From: Planctomycetota bacterium
GTDB lineage: Bacteria; Planctomycetota; Brocadiia; JAADGH01
Assembly: GCA_040755855.1 (NCBI GenBank)
Contig: JBFMAD010000001.1
Location: forward strand, 288,001 to 352,000
Direction of reading: 5' to 3'
Length of the DNA: 64,000 nt
Part shown: positions 1 to 8,650 of the stretch, in pieces
How positions within the stretch are numbered: position 1 is the stretch's first letter
Layout of the letters: the number at the start of each line of letters is the position of its first letter
Notes under the pieces: model-generated
What the model was told of the DNA's origin: nothing
Seen by the model: only the letters and a program-made list of their open reading frames with translations
The model's database searches: none
Made by a program: the position numbers and the translations under genes

Positions 1-597
1 CTGGGAAAGGATGGGGACATCGTGCTTGACACCCAGGACCCGCCGCGCCTCGCGGAAGGACGTAAGGATGCGCGGGGCAGTCACAGGAGAGGCCGATTGG
101 AGCGTCTGCCGCATCTTCAGGAACATGAGGAGTCCCGTGGCTGCGAGGACGCCCATTCCCCCGATCCAAGCCGCAAGGAGCGCCTGCAGCCACGGGAAAT
201 CCGTCCCCCCAGAATGCCCCGTCCCACCGGGCGGTGGAGGGTGGACTCCCCCGGACTCCGCAAGCTCCAACGCCGTTGGAGACGGAACCATCGCCGGTTC
301 ATCAGGACCCGAACGCCCCCCACTCGGGGTTCGGGCCGACTGGAACTCCTCGACCGCGAAGGGTGCGCGATCGAGGGACACCCAATATCCCAGCCCCGTC
401 GGAAATGCGAAGGTCGGCGGCAGACACAACTTGAGCAGCACCAGCCCCCACAGGCAGTACCGGAACCTCGGCGACATCCGACGCGCGACGACGCAGATGC
501 ATGCCAGCGCCGCAACGAGGACCGCCGCCTGCCACGACATGGCAAGCATCCACCCCAGCCACGCACCGACCAGACGATCAGGAAGATCGGTCCCCAT
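1..597 (-). CDS. BlaR1/MecR1-like M56 family metallopeptidase, N-terminal part (runs off window)
   Basis: Open frame from ATG at 597 to base 1: MGTDLPDRLVGAWLGWMLAMSWQAAVLVAAL...SPRFRYCLWGLVLLKLCLPP, a typical M56 N-terminal TM region; overlaps the blaI-like stop. Not in the supplied ORF track because it has no stop in the window. Confidence 0.85.
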   Translation of the reverse strand, partial: MGTDLPDRLVGAWLGWMLAMSWQAAVLVAALACICVVARRMSPRFRYCLWGLVLLKLCLPPTFAFPTGLGYWVSLDRAPFAVEEFQSARTPSGGRSGPDEPAMVPSPTALELAESGGVHPPPPGGTGHSGGTDFPWLQALLAAWIGGMGVLAATGLLMFLKMRQTLQSASPVTAPRILTSFREARRVLGVKHDVPILSQ

Positions 598-1000
598 CTG
601 TGCACCCCCTCTTTCTTCGGTGACGCCTGACGATCCTTTCGAGCTCGGCGATGTCCTCGGACGTCAACTTCTCCCGCTCGGCATAGTAGGCGACAAACGG
701 CGAGAGCAGGCCGTTCAGCACACGCTCCGAGAAATCCTTGATCGCCTCCTTCAGCGCCATCTTCCGAGCAACCGCCGGCCGATACAGGAAGGAGTTTCCC
801 ACCTTCTTGTATTCGACGGCGCTCTTGGCCACCAGCCGGCGCACGAGGGTCTTCACGGTCGAATAGGCCCAGTCGTGCTTGTCGGCAAGGGCCGCGTAGA
901 TGTCGCCGAGCGCCATTGGTCCCCCATCCCACAAGACCCTCATCACAAGCCATTCCGAAGGAGAGAGCTCCGGGCGTTGACTCGCGGGCGTCTTTTTCAT
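578..1000 (-). CDS. BlaI/MecI/CopY family transcriptional repressor
   Basis: LSPSEWLVMRVLW...WAYSTVKTLVRRLVAK...FLYRPAV; adjacent to M56 peptidase. Confidence 0.95.
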   Translation of the reverse strand: MKKTPASQRPELSPSEWLVMRVLWDGGPMALGDIYAALADKHDWAYSTVKTLVRRLVAKSAVEYKKVGNSFLYRPAVARKMALKEAIKDFSERVLNGLLSPFVAYYAEREKLTSEDIAELERIVRRHRRKRGCTDGDRSS

Positions 1001-1037
1001 TGCCCCCCTCGCATAAATGGTTCGAGGTTGCCCCTGT

Positions 1038-1073
1038 GGTTACAAGTGTAACCTATAAACCTGGGTTTGTCAA
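1038..1073 (-). promoter_or_regulatory. sigma70 promoter of blaI-like operon overlapped by BlaI-type operator
   Basis: Minus strand TTGACA(1073-1068)-N17-TACACT(1050-1045); palindrome GGTTACA-AG-TGTAACC at 1038-1053 contains TACA-N2-TGTA. Confidence 0.85.
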
Positions 1074-1115
1074 GTGGATTTTCAAAAAACATTTCTATCT
1101 CCTCATAACGGGTCA

Positions 1116-1148
1116 GACCTCCCGGAGGTTCCGAACCTCCGGGAGGTC
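1116..1148. repeat. REP-like palindrome family A, copy 1
   Basis: GACCTCCCGGAGGTT-CCG-AACCTCCGGGAGGTC; related copies at 36176, 46315 and a half copy at 53556. Confidence 0.85.
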
Positions 1149-1169
1149 GGGAACTCATCGAGATCCGCG

Positions 1170-1541
1170 CTACGTGCCGTCAGACTTCCCGATGCTTCGC
1201 GTTGCGACGATATTGATGCCCATCCCCAGGATGTCGGACACGATCGTGTCGCCCTCCTTTACCGGCGCGGCGACTTCCACCTTCGCAAGGGCTTCCATGC
1301 AGTAGAGCATCGCCCCCTTCTGGATCGGGTCCGTCGTGCGGACGGGAACCAGGGGCAGCTCGCCGCCCGCGACGCGGACGGTGCTGGTAAGCATCCGCTC
1401 GGGATTGGTGTGCTCCTTCTCGGCGTACTCAGTGCCGCGCTTGCACTCGTATCCGGTGATGTCCACGATCTGCTCGCCCTCGTAGGTCACGACCAGCGTG
1501 CAGCCCACGGGGCAGACGGTGCAGGTGTATTCCTTCTTCAT
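1170..1541 (-). CDS. DUF1667 CxxC metal-binding protein
   Basis: MKKEYTCTVCPVGC...YECKRGTEYAEKEHTNPERMLTSTV; start reassigned to ATG 1541, which has an AAGGAG RBS. Confidence 0.9.
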   Translation of the reverse strand: MKKEYTCTVCPVGCTLVVTYEGEQIVDITGYECKRGTEYAEKEHTNPERMLTSTVRVAGGELPLVPVRTTDPIQKGAMLYCMEALAKVEVAAPVKEGDTIVSDILGMGINIVATRSIGKSDGT

Positions 1542-1556
1542 CAAACGCCGCTCCTT

Positions 1557-1727
1557 TGGAGTGCGGTAGCCATGCTGCCGCCTTTTTTGCGGGAAGCCAC
1601 GCTTCCCGCTCTTCCGTTGCGGGGGCGTCGCTGTCAGGCCATCTTCTGACCCTCGCATGGTTGCTGCGCCATCGTCGGGAAGCAGGGCTTCCCGGTGTCA
1701 AGGCGCAAGCATGGCTTGCGCACTCCA
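1557..1727. repeat. Composite inverted-repeat (BIME/MITE-like) element
   Basis: Terminal arms TGGAGTGCGGTAGCCATGCTGCCGCCTT (1557-1584) and AAGGCGCAAGCATGGCTTGCGCACTCCA (1700-1727); inner hairpins GCGGGAAGC..GCTTCCCGC and CGGGAAGC..GCTTCCCG. Confidence 0.75.
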
Positions 1728-1731
1728 CAAA

Positions 1732-3270
1732 TCAATTCTTGCTTCCGGCCAGATATTTCAGGATTTCGATGGCGACGAGCCGATTTCCCTTTTCGGAGAT
1801 GTGCACGCCGTCCGTCGTGAAATAATTCCGCTTGTCGGGGATGTCCTTCAACGGGGTATAGAGGTCAATGTAGTCGCAGCCGAACTCATCGCCGACCTGC
1901 CGCGCCAACTTGTTGTAGAGCTCCAGTTCGGACGGCTTGCCGAACAGGTTGTGCGGCTTCTTTTCCGCCGCCCGCTTGTCCGCCGTTTCTTTGCAGATTT
2001 CCCAGACGCTCGACGTGGCCGACATGATCGTCACCTTCGCGTCGGTCTTTTCCTTGATCTGTTTGATCACGTCCCGATACGTCGGCGAGAAGACATCCAC
2101 CTCACAGGCGTGTTTCGTGTATTCCGGCCAGGCGACCTTCGAGTCGTTGTGGCCGAGGAAGATGAAGACGTGCGTGGGCTTTATGGCGATCACGTCCTTT
2201 TCGAGTCGGTCCGCCACGCGGGTAATCATATCGCCGCCCACCCCCGCGTTGACGACCTCGAACTCGCCGGGGTCGGCCGTGCGGAGATAGAGGTCAACCT
2301 TGTCCACGTAGTTCCTACCGCGAAATAAGTCGGTCAACGAATCGCCTACGAAGACCAGCTTCTCCGGCTTCTTGAACGTCACTTTCTTCGCCAGCGAAAG
2401 GACCTGTTCCTTGATCTCCTTCGGCATGATCTCCATGACCCGATCCGCGCTCGGTCCCGAGCCGGCGACGCTGAAGTGGAACAGATGGATGCCTCCTTCC
2501 GCGTCGTCCGGGATGCGCAATCGGTCCTGCACGATGCCATCCTTGCCGATGCGTTTAGATGCCTTCTCTTTGAGGAAATCATGCGGATCATAGAGCAGCA
2601 TGTTGACCGTGGCATCCTCCTTCGCCCCGCCGACCTTGATCCGATATTCGAAAAACTCGCCGACCGATGCGACGCGCGGGCTGAACTCCACCTCAAGCGA
2701 AACATCCGTCGGCTTCTCCACAAACGATGCATCGTCCACCAGCGCCCACGCGCCCTCGCCTTCCAGCCGGACGCAGGGGGCCACATAGCTGATCGCATCC
2801 TTCTCCGCCTTATACTCCCCCTTGATCTCCTGCCACTGGTCGGTCAGATCGACCGGTTGCCCCAGGTCCTTCCCGCCGAGGTAAGCGATCTGCGGTTCCT
2901 TGCCCTCCTCGTCCTTGCGACCGTACTCGATGACCGCGAGCGTGGCCTTGCCCTTGCCCCGCATCCAGAAGCTCAGGACGTAAGCCTCGCCGGGATACAC
3001 TGTCTCGGAGTTCTTGCTCGAACCGTAGAGCGTGATGACCGGCTTCTTCGCCGTGGGGCCGATCTCGATCCGAGCGGCATGTTCGCCGGAGTGGACGTTC
3101 TCCTTGCCCGATACCGACTTGATCGTCCCCGCGTCCTTGGGCGTCACCTGCCAGTAACGAAGGACCTCGAAGTCGCCGTCGTGCATCGTCTTCGCGGGAG
3201 GTCGGCGGTCGGCATGCAGCGAGGCGCAGGCAATCAAGGCGACGAGGAACGCAATAAGTTTGATTCTCAT
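1732..3270 (-). CDS. Exported SGNH/GDSL hydrolase with N-terminal carbohydrate-binding-like domain
   Basis: Signal peptide; GDSLT, NAGVGG, LGHND, DGVH blocks; N-terminal GDFE/YVLSFW/LTDQWQ CBM4/9-like pattern. Confidence 0.85.
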   Translation of the reverse strand: MRIKLIAFLVALIACASLHADRRPPAKTMHDGDFEVLRYWQVTPKDAGTIKSVSGKENVHSGEHAARIEIGPTAKKPVITLYGSSKNSETVYPGEAYVLSFWMRGKGKATLAVIEYGRKDEEGKEPQIAYLGGKDLGQPVDLTDQWQEIKGEYKAEKDAISYVAPCVRLEGEGAWALVDDASFVEKPTDVSLEVEFSPRVASVGEFFEYRIKVGGAKEDATVNMLLYDPHDFLKEKASKRIGKDGIVQDRLRIPDDAEGGIHLFHFSVAGSGPSADRVMEIMPKEIKEQVLSLAKKVTFKKPEKLVFVGDSLTDLFRGRNYVDKVDLYLRTADPGEFEVVNAGVGGDMITRVADRLEKDVIAIKPTHVFIFLGHNDSKVAWPEYTKHACEVDVFSPTYRDVIKQIKEKTDAKVTIMSATSSVWEICKETADKRAAEKKPHNLFGKPSELELYNKLARQVGDEFGCDYIDLYTPLKDIPDKRNYFTTDGVHISEKGNRLVAIEILKYLAGSKN

Positions 3271-4541
3271 TGCTTTGACTCTCCATTCCCGATTGAGATC
3301 GTGATCTTGTCCGCCCCGTCGAGTTTCAGGTCCTGCAACTCGATGTCGAAGATCTCCGCGGGCTTCACGATCCGCTTCTTCACCGAGTGCAGCAGCTTGC
3401 CTCCCTCATCCCGGACCTCCGCCCGGACGTTCCGTTGAATCGCCTTCACCCGCACGGCGATGCCGCCCGCGAGCGGCTTGTCGCTCAGCGTGATCCTCTG
3501 CGGCACAACGCTGTTGACGCCGTCGCCTGGGAGCACTTCCACCACCTTGCTCGGGGGCTTCCCGGTCCCGACCACCTCCGCCGCGGCGGCGCGTCCCGCC
3601 GCCTGGGCCTCCAGCGTCACCCAATCCGCCAAGTTATGGACGTAGGCCACATCCCCGCAGGCGAAGATTCCCTTGACGCTCGTCCGCATCTCCTGGTCAA
3701 TCACGGGACCCTTTGTCAACGGGTCAATCGCCAGGCCCGCCATGCGGGAGAGCTCGTTCTCGGGGATCAGCCCCGCAGAGATGAGGAGCGTGTCGCACAC
3801 ATAGTCCTTTTCCGTCCCCGCGACGGGGGTCCCCTGCGCGTCAATCTCGACAGCCGTCACCCCAGTGACTCGCTGCCGGCCTCGGACCTCGCTGACGACG
3901 TGGCGGAGGTGGAGCGGGATGCCGAAGTCCTGGAGGCACTGCACGATGTTCCGCGTCAGCCCGCCGGGGTAAGGCATGATCTCGACGACGGCCTTGACGT
4001 TCGCCCCCTCAAGCGTAAGCCGCCGCGCCATGATGAGGCCGATGTCGCCGCTGCCGACGATCACGATCTCCTTGCCCGGCATCACACCCTCGATGTTGAG
4101 GAGGCGCTGGGCCGTGCCGGCGGTGAAGATTCCGGCGGGCCGCGCCCCGGGCAGGAGGATCGCCTCCCGCGTGCGCTCGCGGCAGCCCATGGCCAGGATC
4201 ACCGCCTTCGCCTTGATCTCCGCCAGCTTGCCCTCATGTCCCACGGCGCAGAACGTGCGATCGCCGTTTAGTTCCGTGACCATTGTGTTGAGCGACACGG
4301 GGATTTTCAATCGCTCCGTCTCGCGGATGAACCGCCCGATGTACTCCGGCCCGGTCATCTCCTCGCCGAAGATATGAAGGCCGAAGCCGGTATGGATGCA
4401 CTGGTTGAGGATGCCGCCGATGCGCTCGTCGCGCTCGATGACGAGCACGTCGTCCACGCCCGCTGTCCGGGCTTCCAGCGCGGCGGCCAGCCCCGCCGGG
4501 CCTGCGCCGATCACCGCGATGTCCACCGACATCTTCTTCAT
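3267..4541 (-). CDS. FAD/NAD(P)-dependent oxidoreductase (thioredoxin-reductase-like, DUF1667-associated family)
   Basis: GAGPAG, GGILNQCIHTGFG, AMGCRERTR, GSGDIGLIMARR, GIFACGD. Confidence 0.92.
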   Translation of the reverse strand: MKKMSVDIAVIGAGPAGLAAALEARTAGVDDVLVIERDERIGGILNQCIHTGFGLHIFGEEMTGPEYIGRFIRETERLKIPVSLNTMVTELNGDRTFCAVGHEGKLAEIKAKAVILAMGCRERTREAILLPGARPAGIFTAGTAQRLLNIEGVMPGKEIVIVGSGDIGLIMARRLTLEGANVKAVVEIMPYPGGLTRNIVQCLQDFGIPLHLRHVVSEVRGRQRVTGVTAVEIDAQGTPVAGTEKDYVCDTLLISAGLIPENELSRMAGLAIDPLTKGPVIDQEMRTSVKGIFACGDVAYVHNLADWVTLEAQAAGRAAAAEVVGTGKPPSKVVEVLPGDGVNSVVPQRITLSDKPLAGGIAVRVKAIQRNVRAEVRDEGGKLLHSVKKRIVKPAEIFDIELQDLKLDGADKITISIGNGESKQ

Positions 4542-4574
4542 ACATCATTCCCAGGAACACAGAAGACCGATGAC

Positions 4575-4672
4575 ATCCTACCTGTGATTACACGTCATGT
4601 CAAGCGAATCGCCGCATGAGCGCCCAATCAGCCGATTTATTTCTTGACTATTGCCACGGTTTGGTGCAAACT
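4575..4672. promoter_or_regulatory. Divergent sigma70 promoters
   Basis: Minus TTGACA(4603-4598)-N17-TAGGAT; plus TTGACT(4644-4649)-N17-CAAACT. Confidence 0.55.
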
Positions 4673-4719
4673 ATTCTTCCCACGGTAAGGAATTCCGGCA
4701 TTCTTTAGGAGAAGACGCG

Positions 4720-5835
4720 ATGGCATCGAAAGAAGAACTGGCCTTGCTTCTCAAGAGACCCATCTACCTCGAACGCAATACCTATCAGCACTTCTACAAC
4801 GGGGGCAAGCTCCGCGCCGAGTTTGTCGGCGACCCCGACGAGGGCGACGACTTCTACTCCGAGGAATGGATCTTCTCGACCAACCGCGCCGTCACGCCCG
4901 GACGCGAGAACCCCCCTGACAAGGGCATCAGCCGCATCAAGGTTCGCAGCGGCGATGTGATTCGAATCACTGAGTTGCTCAAGGCGTTCCCCGAGGAAAC
5001 GCTGGGCAAGAAACACTACAAGAAGTACGGACCCACTCTCGGCATCCTGGTCAAAATCTTTGACGTCGGCGCCGGGGCGCACATCCCCGTCCACTGGCAT
5101 CCGACCCCGGAGTTCTCCAAGAAGCTCCTGAAGAACGACTTCGGCAAGAACGAGGCGTGGCTCATCATCGGCAAGAGGCCCGGCGGCAAGGCATGGGTCG
5201 GCTGGAAGGAGGACCTTGATCCGAAGGACTTCAAGAAGTGGATGGACAGGCAGGACGTGCCCAAGATGCGGAGCATGATGCACGTGGTGGACCCGAAGGT
5301 CGGCGACGTGATCTTCCTCCGCGCCTCCTACGTGCACTCCCTCGGCTCCGGCCTGTGCAACCTGGAGCCGCAGGAGCCGACCGACTGGAACATCCTCGCC
5401 GAGTGGAAGGGCTACCCCTTCGGCAAGAAGGACGTTACTTGCGGCCTTTCAATGGACGATGCGCTCGCCGCGGCCGACTACTCCAAGATGCCCCTGGACT
5501 ACCTCAACAACTACGTCAGGCGGACCCCCGAAAAAATTCGGTCCGAAGGATCAAGCCGCGAGGATCATCTCGTCCCCGACGAGGCCAAGCAGTTCTTCGA
5601 CATGACCAAGCTGATCGTGAAGAAAGGCATTTCCGCCCCCGTCCCGGCCAAGCGGGGCTTCTACTGTGCGATCTGCCTGCAGGGCGAGGGCGTGGCGAAG
5701 GGCAAATTCGGCGACATCCCGATCAAGCGCGGGCAGTCGCTCTTCGTGCATCGCTCCGTGCCGGCCTTCGACTTCGTGAAGAAGGGGCAGCGGGACCTGG
5801 AAATGATCTGCTGCTTCCCGCCGGAAGTGAAGTGA
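4720..5835 (+). CDS. Class I mannose-6-phosphate isomerase-like cupin
   Basis: SEEW, LVKIFD, HWHP, GKNEAW, VHSLG, EPQEPTD motifs; ATG 4720 follows AGGAG. Confidence 0.8.
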   Translation: MASKEELALLLKRPIYLERNTYQHFYNGGKLRAEFVGDPDEGDDFYSEEWIFSTNRAVTPGRENPPDKGISRIKVRSGDVIRITELLKAFPEETLGKKHYKKYGPTLGILVKIFDVGAGAHIPVHWHPTPEFSKKLLKNDFGKNEAWLIIGKRPGGKAWVGWKEDLDPKDFKKWMDRQDVPKMRSMMHVVDPKVGDVIFLRASYVHSLGSGLCNLEPQEPTDWNILAEWKGYPFGKKDVTCGLSMDDALAAADYSKMPLDYLNNYVRRTPEKIRSEGSSREDHLVPDEAKQFFDMTKLIVKKGISAPVPAKRGFYCAICLQGEGVAKGKFGDIPIKRGQSLFVHRSVPAFDFVKKGQRDLEMICCFPPEVK

Positions 5836-5861
5836 TCGGATACAAGGCGCAAGGGGCAATA

Positions 5862-5894
5862 CTCGGGCGGCGCACAACGCCGCCCGAGCCTTTT
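5862..5894 (+). terminator. Intrinsic terminator (possibly bidirectional)
   Basis: CTCGGGCGGCG-CACAA-CGCCGCCCGAG followed by CCTTTT, between convergent genes. Confidence 0.7.
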
Positions 5895-5911
5895 ATGAGC
5901 AGGGCGAAACC

Positions 5912-8602
5912 CTATGGCGGATAGGAGCCGAGGAAGACATCGTCCACCCACACCTTTGCGCCGGGGGTCTGGCCAATGGCGAAGACATGGAGGGTGATTG
6001 TGCCTCCCTCCATCGGGGCGAGGAAGTCGGTCGAGATCTGCTGCCACTCGTTGGGAAGAAGGGCGGCGTTGACGGTTGCACGCGGAGAGCGTTTCCCCTG
6101 CGCAGTCTGATAGACGACCATTTGGTAGGTTGCTTCCTTGTCGTTGTGCTTTAACCAGACGGAAACGCGGAAGCAACGGGACGCCCCGGCGGCAACGGGC
6201 TCCGTGATCCCGCCGAGGGCGCTGTCCGAGAATTCCACCGAATAGGCGCCGGTATGGGCCTCCGCCTTCGTCAAGGCCCAATGGAACGGCGTTCCGCGCC
6301 TGTGCCAGAGGCGGAGTCCCCGTTCCTGCTGGTGGTCGGGTTCGAGAGGGCGACCGTCCTTGGGCGATTTCCCCTCCCCGCGCAGCTCGAAGCTCGGGTC
6401 CTTGATTTGGTTCTCCGGGGCGATGCCCGTCGCCTTGGTCTCCGACACCTTCAATACACCGGAGAGGGCCGGGTCGGTCACATTCTCGCGCTGCTTTTTC
6501 CACCACGCCGCCGCCGCTGTCGGTCCGAGCGACTTTTGGAGGAACGTCGCGGCGCGGTCGAAGGCGTCTCCGACGGCCTGGACCACCTGCGGATGGATGA
6601 TCCCTTCCTGGACAGCATCGTGGAATATGTTCGTTGGTCTGAGGAATGGGGCATAGATGCTTGCGGGCGGCTTTTCCATGACGTCGCGTTTGTAGTCCGC
6701 ATGTGTGCGGCCCAGGGCGATGGCCTCTCGCGCGTCGGCGACGACTTTCTCTGCATCGGCTTCGGATTCGATCTTTGCATTCTGCAGTCGCGTCACCGCC
6801 CCATACTGCCGCGCGCCGATGGCGGCAAACTCGAATATCCGCCGCACAATGTCAACCCGCTCTGCTACGAGAGGCGCATCCTGCGCGGCGGCGGCGGCCC
6901 GCTTCAGGTGGGCCTCGGCCTTGTCCGCTTCGGCAGGGTTGAGGACCTTGAACTGCTCGAAGCTGCGGCCATCCGAGAGCGAGCCCTTGTCCTTGCCGTA
7001 CCAGTGGGGCAGGCCCTCCTGTTCGATCCACCGCTCATAACCCGCTTCGAGGGTATCATAAAATTCCTTCATGGCCGGGCCTGCCGGGCCGAAGAACCTG
7101 GTGTAGTACTCCTCCAAGATCACATCCACGTCCTGCCGGGGGTCCCAGAGCAACTCGTTCTCCACGTAAGGCACCATGCCGTCCATGGGCCAGAAGGGAT
7201 ACATCTCCTGGTAGAAGTGCCGCGCCCGGCCCGATGCCACGATGTAGCGGATGCGCTTCGCCGACTGGCGGATGTCGAGCTTGGGCATAATGAAATACCC
7301 CTGATCGTCGTGGTAGCAGTAGATGCCCATGCGCCGCGCCCCCATCCTCATCCATTGGTCCCATTGCTCGAAGGCATTCATCTTAGAACCCACGCACAGC
7401 ACCGGCATGAGCATGCGGTGGAGCTTGACGGTCTCTGGCGGCATGCGCATGGAGCCATAGGCGATAAAGGCGATGATCTTCGCGGGGAACTCCTTCTCCA
7501 CGATCTCGCAGACGCGGTTGCTGAACTTGACATAGCGATCGCAGAGACCGATGCGGTTGACCTGATCCGCATTGGGGGCATCCATCGCCCGGCAGTTCTC
7601 GCACATGCAATCGCCCATGCCGTCGTTGACGGCCAGGTTGATGGCGATGGCGTCGGGGTTCTTGCGGAAGTAGTCAATGAGTCCCTCCGCCATGACCTGG
7701 GCCACTTCGGGATTGGAGACGCAGGGCTGCCAGCCTTGAGGGACCTTCCCCTTCTCGGGGCCTTCGGCAGGGGTTATCGGCACAAAGCGCTTGCCGTCGA
7801 AGAGCGGAAAATACTCCGGGTGTGTGGCGCCATACTGGGTCACCGGCAGCCACCGGTAATAGCTCTCGTTCGATGGGATGGAGTAGTTCATGCGGAAAAA
7901 GTCGTCGGTGCGGAGCCGCTTGTATTCCGGCTTGATCTTCGGGCCGAACTGATTCAAACCGCTCATGACGCGGCTGACGAAGTAGGGCCAGTCGCACCAC
8001 TCGACTTCGGGGATCCGAAGCGTCGGCGTTTTCGGGATGACATCGCCAAGATCGCCGGGACTGCCGGCCCAGTAGTGACGGACGCCGACGTATCGCTTGA
8101 GGAACCCGACGGCGCCGAGCGCGGTCGCCCGGTCCGTCTTACCCCGGATGACGAGGGTCTTTTCGTCAAGGGTCTTTACGAGATAGCCGTTGATGTTGGC
8201 GATCACATCGTCGCCATAGCGAACATCCGGCAGGGCGAGGTCCGTCTTCAGCCCGACGGCGGTATCGCCGAGATGGATTGCCGCCAGGCGCGGCGGGACG
8301 GGTTTTGCCTCGTCGATGAGGGGGATATCCGCGCCCGTGGCAAGGTCGAGGTATGCCTTGAGCGTCGCCGCCGCGCGGCGGGTTTCGAGCGCCTTTCCAA
8401 TCGGATGGACGATCGCACATCGGGCCTGCCCGTTTTCCACAATGGTGAAATAATCCGCCCTCCCCTCACGCGGCGGGTCGGGGTAATTGAAGGCCGCCTT
8501 TTCCGGCGGGACCACATCAAAGAGCCTGTCCTCCTGCGCCCAAAGCACACATGACGCGAGGATGAACACGGACACAAGAGGCACGCTCGGCTGCTTCAGC
8601 AT
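5912..8602 (-). CDS. Exported DUF4838-domain protein with C-terminal CBM-like domain
   Basis: Signal peptide; HPEYF, QPCVSNPEV, NDGMGDCMCENC, LLWDP, YYTRFFGPAG; C-terminal NQIKDPSFE domain. Confidence 0.8.
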   Translation of the reverse strand: MLKQPSVPLVSVFILASCVLWAQEDRLFDVVPPEKAAFNYPDPPREGRADYFTIVENGQARCAIVHPIGKALETRRAAATLKAYLDLATGADIPLIDEAKPVPPRLAAIHLGDTAVGLKTDLALPDVRYGDDVIANINGYLVKTLDEKTLVIRGKTDRATALGAVGFLKRYVGVRHYWAGSPGDLGDVIPKTPTLRIPEVEWCDWPYFVSRVMSGLNQFGPKIKPEYKRLRTDDFFRMNYSIPSNESYYRWLPVTQYGATHPEYFPLFDGKRFVPITPAEGPEKGKVPQGWQPCVSNPEVAQVMAEGLIDYFRKNPDAIAINLAVNDGMGDCMCENCRAMDAPNADQVNRIGLCDRYVKFSNRVCEIVEKEFPAKIIAFIAYGSMRMPPETVKLHRMLMPVLCVGSKMNAFEQWDQWMRMGARRMGIYCYHDDQGYFIMPKLDIRQSAKRIRYIVASGRARHFYQEMYPFWPMDGMVPYVENELLWDPRQDVDVILEEYYTRFFGPAGPAMKEFYDTLEAGYERWIEQEGLPHWYGKDKGSLSDGRSFEQFKVLNPAEADKAEAHLKRAAAAAQDAPLVAERVDIVRRIFEFAAIGARQYGAVTRLQNAKIESEADAEKVVADAREAIALGRTHADYKRDVMEKPPASIYAPFLRPTNIFHDAVQEGIIHPQVVQAVGDAFDRAATFLQKSLGPTAAAAWWKKQRENVTDPALSGVLKVSETKATGIAPENQIKDPSFELRGEGKSPKDGRPLEPDHQQERGLRLWHRRGTPFHWALTKAEAHTGAYSVEFSDSALGGITEPVAAGASRCFRVSVWLKHNDKEATYQMVVYQTAQGKRSPRATVNAALLPNEWQQISTDFLAPMEGGTITLHVFAIGQTPGAKVWVDDVFLGSYPP

Positions 8603-8650
8603 GATGGTCCTTCTTTTTCAACAAGCTACCTCTCCGAGCAAGACGCGGTT

